NCBI RefSeq assembly: GCF_052425735.1
Contig: NC_135762.1
Location: forward strand, 31,310,001 to 31,374,000
DNA: 64,000 bases
From: Oculina patagonica
Lineage: Eukaryota
Direction: 5' to 3'
The translations under genes were made by a program, and so were the position numbers. Under the pieces are notes generated by a model. That model worked only from the letters and a program-made list of their open reading frames with translations, ran no database searches and was not told the DNA's origin. This document shows positions 59,070-64,000 of this stretch, one piece after another. The first letter of the stretch is position 1. Every line of letters starts with the position of its first letter.

Positions 59070-59640
59070 TTTCAGCACATCACCAAACGCCAAGGATCAC
59101 AAGAGATCGATTCGTCGCCAGGAGAGAGAAGGAAGTCCAAAATGCTACCACTGTGACAGAGACGAGAACATCACAGTGGAACATTTCCTTGTGTCATGCT
59201 CAAAGTTTGAAGAGATCAGATCGGAGCTTCTCTGTCAGCTGCGAGGCGAGCTAGAGGCTATTGGTGAGACAGGTTTTCAGGTGTGGCAAAGATTTTCAGC
59301 CAGCAGCCCAGCGTGTCAGTCGCAGATTATTCTTGGAGCGCAAAGCTTTGGTGCCCTGGAGGACGAAGCCATTGATCATTTCCGGACAGAGTACGTGGCC
59401 AGGGCCTGGAGCGAGAGGATTGTTATTTGAGGTCGTTGCTGACGCGCAGCCTCGTTTCCAGATTTGCTATCCCGGATGATAAGCTTCTTCACTGATTAAC
59501 CCTTGTTTTCCCCTTTTTTTTTAGTATATCCAAGATTTAGCTCTGTAATAACAGAAATGTTTAATTTCCAAATTATTATTGTAATCCCGCCGAGGAAACA
59601 AGTGCCTTTGTGTCAAATCCAGTTTTTATTGACCAAACAA
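59070..59640 (+). mobile_element. 3' fragment of a second non-LTR retrotransposon
   Basis: SPKCYHC..EHFLVSC zinc-knuckle motif followed by a degenerate C-terminus and a T-rich 3' UTR. Confidence 0.6.
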
Positions 59641-61389
59641 AAATAAGGATATAAGACGCACAGGCCGAATAAGCTCGCTCCCAAGATCCTCTCTATTCTC
59701 CCCTTCTGAGAGGTCGCTGGGAGCGAGGTCGTATGAGACCCTCAAACAAACCCGCTGACCAGAAAAGATAATTATTAATATAAATAAACGGATCACAAAT
59801 AAAGAAGGACAAAATAAATAAGTAAACGAAAACTTTATTCAAAAATACTAAAATATGACAAAAGAAAGAATAGAAAATACAAAATAAATAATCATTTAAT
59901 ACAAAAATATGGCTTTAATAATAAACTTCTATACATTTATTTTTTAGTTTATAAACAACTTTGTAGTAATAAAACAAATATAGGAAATTTGCCTTTGAAT
60001 TTTTCTTGTTGTCATTTCAATGTAGTTACAATAACATCAGCGGCCCCCCTTGTTTACATGTTAGTAGATACAGTCTAAGCTCTATTACGGACACTCTCGT
60101 AAGCGGACAGCCACACGCCACCGAGAACCCCGACCCAACACTCGTAGACCGAAGCGGACATCCGAAGCGGCGGACCGAGAGAACGACAGACTCTGTGCCC
60201 AGAGACACGAGGAAACAAACCTCTGATGTGAACATCACCACTCGCCGTCGTCACATGAACTGAATTACAGTACCAATCAGTGTTGTTTGTCGTCCACGCG
60301 GGACATCGAAACACCACTAACATGCAATACCATATGAGCAGGCAGCCCCGAAGCGGCCACCCCCCAGGGCGCACAAGAACCACCGAAGCGGCCAGCCCAG
60401 GGGAACCGCGTCCCGAGGGTGTCCGCTAGAGAGCCGACGTATCATCAAACCAGAATTTCGGGTCAGTCAAGATATACAGGAATTGCCGTGAAAACCATGT
60501 ACATTAGATTCAGGCCGTTTTATCAGTATAAGTTATTTCACGGTTGGTTGTTTTTTTTTTTGCTCTATTGAGACAAAAAAATCGGTTGATTTGATTACAT
60601 TTTTCGGTTGAAACGCTTCATCAGATATTCAACGATCCTTTCAAACAAATGCAGCGAAAAAGATTTTTCCATTAGAACACACACAAAAATCTCAGCCAAC
60701 CCAATAATCAACTGGAAACGGCTGATCATAGTAAAACATTGCTAAGCAGTTAATCAACAATTCAACCTGCATGGTCCCAAAATTCCATGGCCTATTGTAA
60801 AGGCGTTACTTTGAGAGCATTTTCTAAACAAACGAAACTATGAAATCGCACATTGAAACTGGAGAAAAGCTAATCGAGAAGGATTATGAAAACATTTACA
60901 GAATTGAACTTAAAAATTAGTAAATTCAGTAAATAACGTGAAAAATCATCTACAATTCTTTTGTAGATGAGATTACTCATTTAACATTTCGCAAGGAAAA
61001 TCGGCAATAGATAGCCCTACTTTGACGCTTAAGATGAAAAAAAAAACAAAAAAAAAAACACGACAAAACGGTTTCTTCAGGAAACGATTTGTTTATCCCA
61101 GGATTTGACTGCAGTTTCTCAAAATGCACAGGATAAAAGTATCGTACTTTCACAAGATTTCTTTTAAAACTGATTTTCAAAGGTAACCAAACAAAACAAA
61201 ACCGTCAATCTCGTTTTAAAGGTATCAGACGTAGCAGTTCAGCCATCACCAAGGGCTTGACTTTTCAATAACGCGGGCTCCATATTGGACAATGCGGTTT
61301 TCCAAAAGGACCAGCCAGCACATGGGACGACAGGACTTAGACCTCTTTGTGGACTGCTATCGCATCTCCTTGTGTATTTCATCAGGTTT

Positions 61390-64000
61390 TCACGATGTAC
61401 TCATTTTGGCGAATTCAGAGCTCAGCGCTTTCATGACTTCCTGGTGAGAGAACGTATCATTGTCGCTCTTGATGCGCGCGTAGTGTTGTTTGACAAACAA
61501 GGCAAATCGGCTGGGAGTGCGAGACTGTGGCGTGCCATCCTTCTTTAACTGAGGGACAAGCTCCAAGCGGCTATTAAAAAAGAGAATGAAAAAAAAAAAA
61601 ACTTAGAAAACTGTTTAGCATTCGGTTAACCAATAACGCTATCGCAAACAACCCTTCAGTTTCCAATGGCTGTGGTAAAACCAACTGAAAGTTATGGCAT
61701 TTGTCAATCACACTGACAACAAATGCAAATAAATGCGGTGACACGAATATGCTTTTGTACATTATGCTAGCATTTTTTCTAGCATTTTAGTGAGGAAAGA
61801 TTGAGATATCGGGATTTTAGTGGCATTTTCCCGGAAAATTGATTTTTTTCGAGAAAAAAAAAGAAATTAATTTTTTTAGAGAAAATGAAGACTAAAACTC
61901 AAAATTCAACTACAAATAGCTTTCAGAGACAGTCAACTACTTTTTACTTAGCCCGAAATATTAGATATTTTTTCGTTTTTAATTTTTTATACGTTTTTTT
62001 TTTTTCAAATTGTACATTTTTGTAATGTTAACATTCACCATTTAAATGAATTAAATTAAAAAAACGTTTCACTTTGTATAATGAGCATTATCCGAGCATT
62101 TTAGTGACTTTTTGGGGGAGACCGAGCATTTTAGTGGGAAAAATGGAGCATTAAGGTGGAGCATTTTAGTGGGGAAACAAAATCATAATGTACAAAAGCC
62201 TAGACACGAAGCAAAAACATGCAACCCGTATCAAACGCGGGAAACGTGCAACCGGTGCCAAGCGCGGGAAAACGTGCAACCCGTGCCGAGCGCGAGAAAA
62301 CGTGTAACTGATGCCAAGTGCGGGAAAACGTGTTTCGGTGCCGGGGTGGTGCCAAGCGCGGCAAAAGTGCAGCCGGTGTAAAGCGCGGGAAACGTTCGTA
62401 AACCAAGTCACGAGTGGTTTTGGCTTGCTACTGATTTGCTAAAAGGTGGGATGTTTGTTCCAGCTTCACTAAGTGCTTCATTGTAAATTAGCCGCAGTTT
62501 ATCAAGTAAAAAAGCGAACACCTTACCTGTGGCAGTAAGCGCATCTACTTTTCTCCAAATTCACTGATTTTGAATGACGCCCAAACCTGGTCAACAGCAA
62601 AACAATGTAAGATTGACTTCAAGCTTCACTTCAGATACAGTCAAACTATTTTAATATGGTTTCTTTCCTACATTCCCAGCGTCCAAGTTTGAAAAGAGAG
62701 CAGTTCCAAAGAAAGTACATTTCTTTTGCTGACCTTTTCTGTGATTGCATTTTTTAACTTATCCCAAACATTTATTAAAGCTTATAACGCTGGTTTTTAA
62801 TGAGCATCAACAAGAACCAAAGCACAAACATTAGCGCGTAAGATGACTGAACAGACACAATCTTCTTACGCTGTTCTCGCTTGGAGGACAGCATAAGAAC
62901 GAGTGTCTTCGTTCATCTTTCGTGCATATGTTAAATCTAGTGCTTGCGTTTATATCAGTTATACCCAGTGAAATCAGCTTACACATTCAAAGAACAATAT
63001 CATTTACCGTATTTATTCGATTCGATTAAACCCCGTGGCGTTTATTAAATTTTTCGTGATTCCAATGCGGCGTTTATTTAAAATTCAATTCATTTCTTGC
63101 TAACAATGGTATGGTAACTGAACATTTGAATAATTTTAAAAACAGAAAAATGTTTTATTGCTTGTCTGAAAAGTCATTTTCAATATCTTAAAACATTGTT
63201 ACAATCAAGGAATGCTTGATTATAATTTGATTTGCTTTTTGACTATATTATTGGAATAAACGCCGCATCATGATGCGGCGTTTATTCGAGGGAGGCGTTA
63301 CCTTATTATAAGAAAATTAACGCTTGTGTTAGTTAAGGTATTTGAAATTAACGCGACTTAAAAATTACTTCCCAATAAAGGGAATTAACGCGAAAGAGCG
63401 GGTAACATTTCAAAATGAAGGAAATTAACGCGACGTACACAACAGGAACAAGTTTATTTCAACACTTGTAGGCGTATTTAAGCTTCAACGAAAACAATGT
63501 TCGTGGTACTTTTCGCACTTTGAGCGTTCTTCACAGTATCAATGATAGTGGCAGATAAAATTATGCTTTTTCCTTGGAATCAAGAACATCTGGACTGTAA
63601 CGAAAAATTGGGGCCAAAATAATGAAAATTAACGTCATGGAAATTAACGCTACACTTAATTAACGGCGCGGAAATTAACGTTAACAAAAATTAACGCAAC
63701 TTAAATTAACGCGAAAGTTTGAAATTCGCGTTAATTTCATGACGCGTTAATTTCTAATAATAAATACGGTAGTTTTTCAATACGTGCATCTAGTTTCTCA
63801 TCAAAGACGTCACTAAGTACAGTAATATGTCTTAAATACTTTCCAGATGTTCCTGTTGTTTTGGTTGAATAACAACAATCGAGGATTTGCATTAAAAAGG
63901 TTACTTGATACCCCGGATGTTTTTACGGACCAATCATCCAATCCTGAATACTCACGAGTTCGAGCATGCGCTGTTGGTACATCTGTAAGTGTACTTTGCA
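61390..64000 (-). CDS. GCNA: 3' end of GCNA/ACRC (germ cell nuclear acidic protein): zinc finger plus C-terminal HMG-like box; gene continues beyond the window
   Basis: Exons >64000-63956 (AKYTYRCTNSACSN), 62586-62527 (FGRHSKSVNLEKSRCAYCH) and 61570-61390 (RLELVPQLKKDGTPQSRTPSRFALFVKQHYARIK..HQEVMKALSSEFAKMSTS*). Phases are consistent and the motifs are characteristic of the GCNA C-terminus. Confidence 0.88.
62213..62400 (+). repeat. Tandem ~28-bp repeat (gcgcgggaaaacgtgcaaccggtgccaa), ~7 units, in a GCNA intron
   Basis: Periodicity is directly visible. Confidence 0.85.
63005..63785. mobile_element. Nested MITEs: outer TA-CCGTA element with an inner AATTAACGCG-repeat element (63299-63771)
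   Basis: Outer taccgtatttattcg..ggcgttta; inner taccttatt..aattaacgc / gcgttaatttctaataataaatacggta. Confidence 0.7.

Noticed and set aside
62213-62400. CRISPR-like array (also considered for 686-790 and 9398-9918)
   Set aside because: Units are contiguous and degenerate with no unique spacers or cas genes, in a eukaryotic intron or MITE context.

Overview
Eukaryotic, intron-rich, AT-rich animal DNA. The dense MITE/SINE complement looks cnidarian, probably a stony coral; this is an inference. Gene order: tRNA-Ala(UGC) at 1202-1274 (+); an intact 16-exon aminopeptidase O (AOPEP, M1 family) at 3513-~16193 (-); directly upstream on the same strand, and apparently sharing one ~3-kb exon with AOPEP, a decayed ~12-exon GREB1/GREB1L-like coding region at ~16194-26464 (-) with canonical splice sites but at least 10 stops/frameshifts and no C-terminal glycosyltransferase domain; head-to-head with it (76 bp between ATGs) an intact 16-exon ZMYND10 at 26541-34677 (+); a 5-exon HMGB-like gene at 37481-43842 (+); an intronless BTG1/2-like ORF at 47391-47882 (-); a ~13-kb gene-poor interval with LINE fragments and a candidate micro-ORF; and the last three exons of GCNA/ACRC at 61390-64000 (-). 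Many MITEs (TA, TTAA, 5-, 8- and 9-bp TSD classes), tRNA-derived SINEs and a Penelope-like foldback are present, plus one 150-N gap and several homopolymer-noisy stretches. The most notable observation is the apparent GREB1L-like::AOPEP chimeric locus whose 5' half has decayed while the peptidase half remains intact. All exon models were built by hand, and family assignments rest on recalled sequence motifs rather than database searches.
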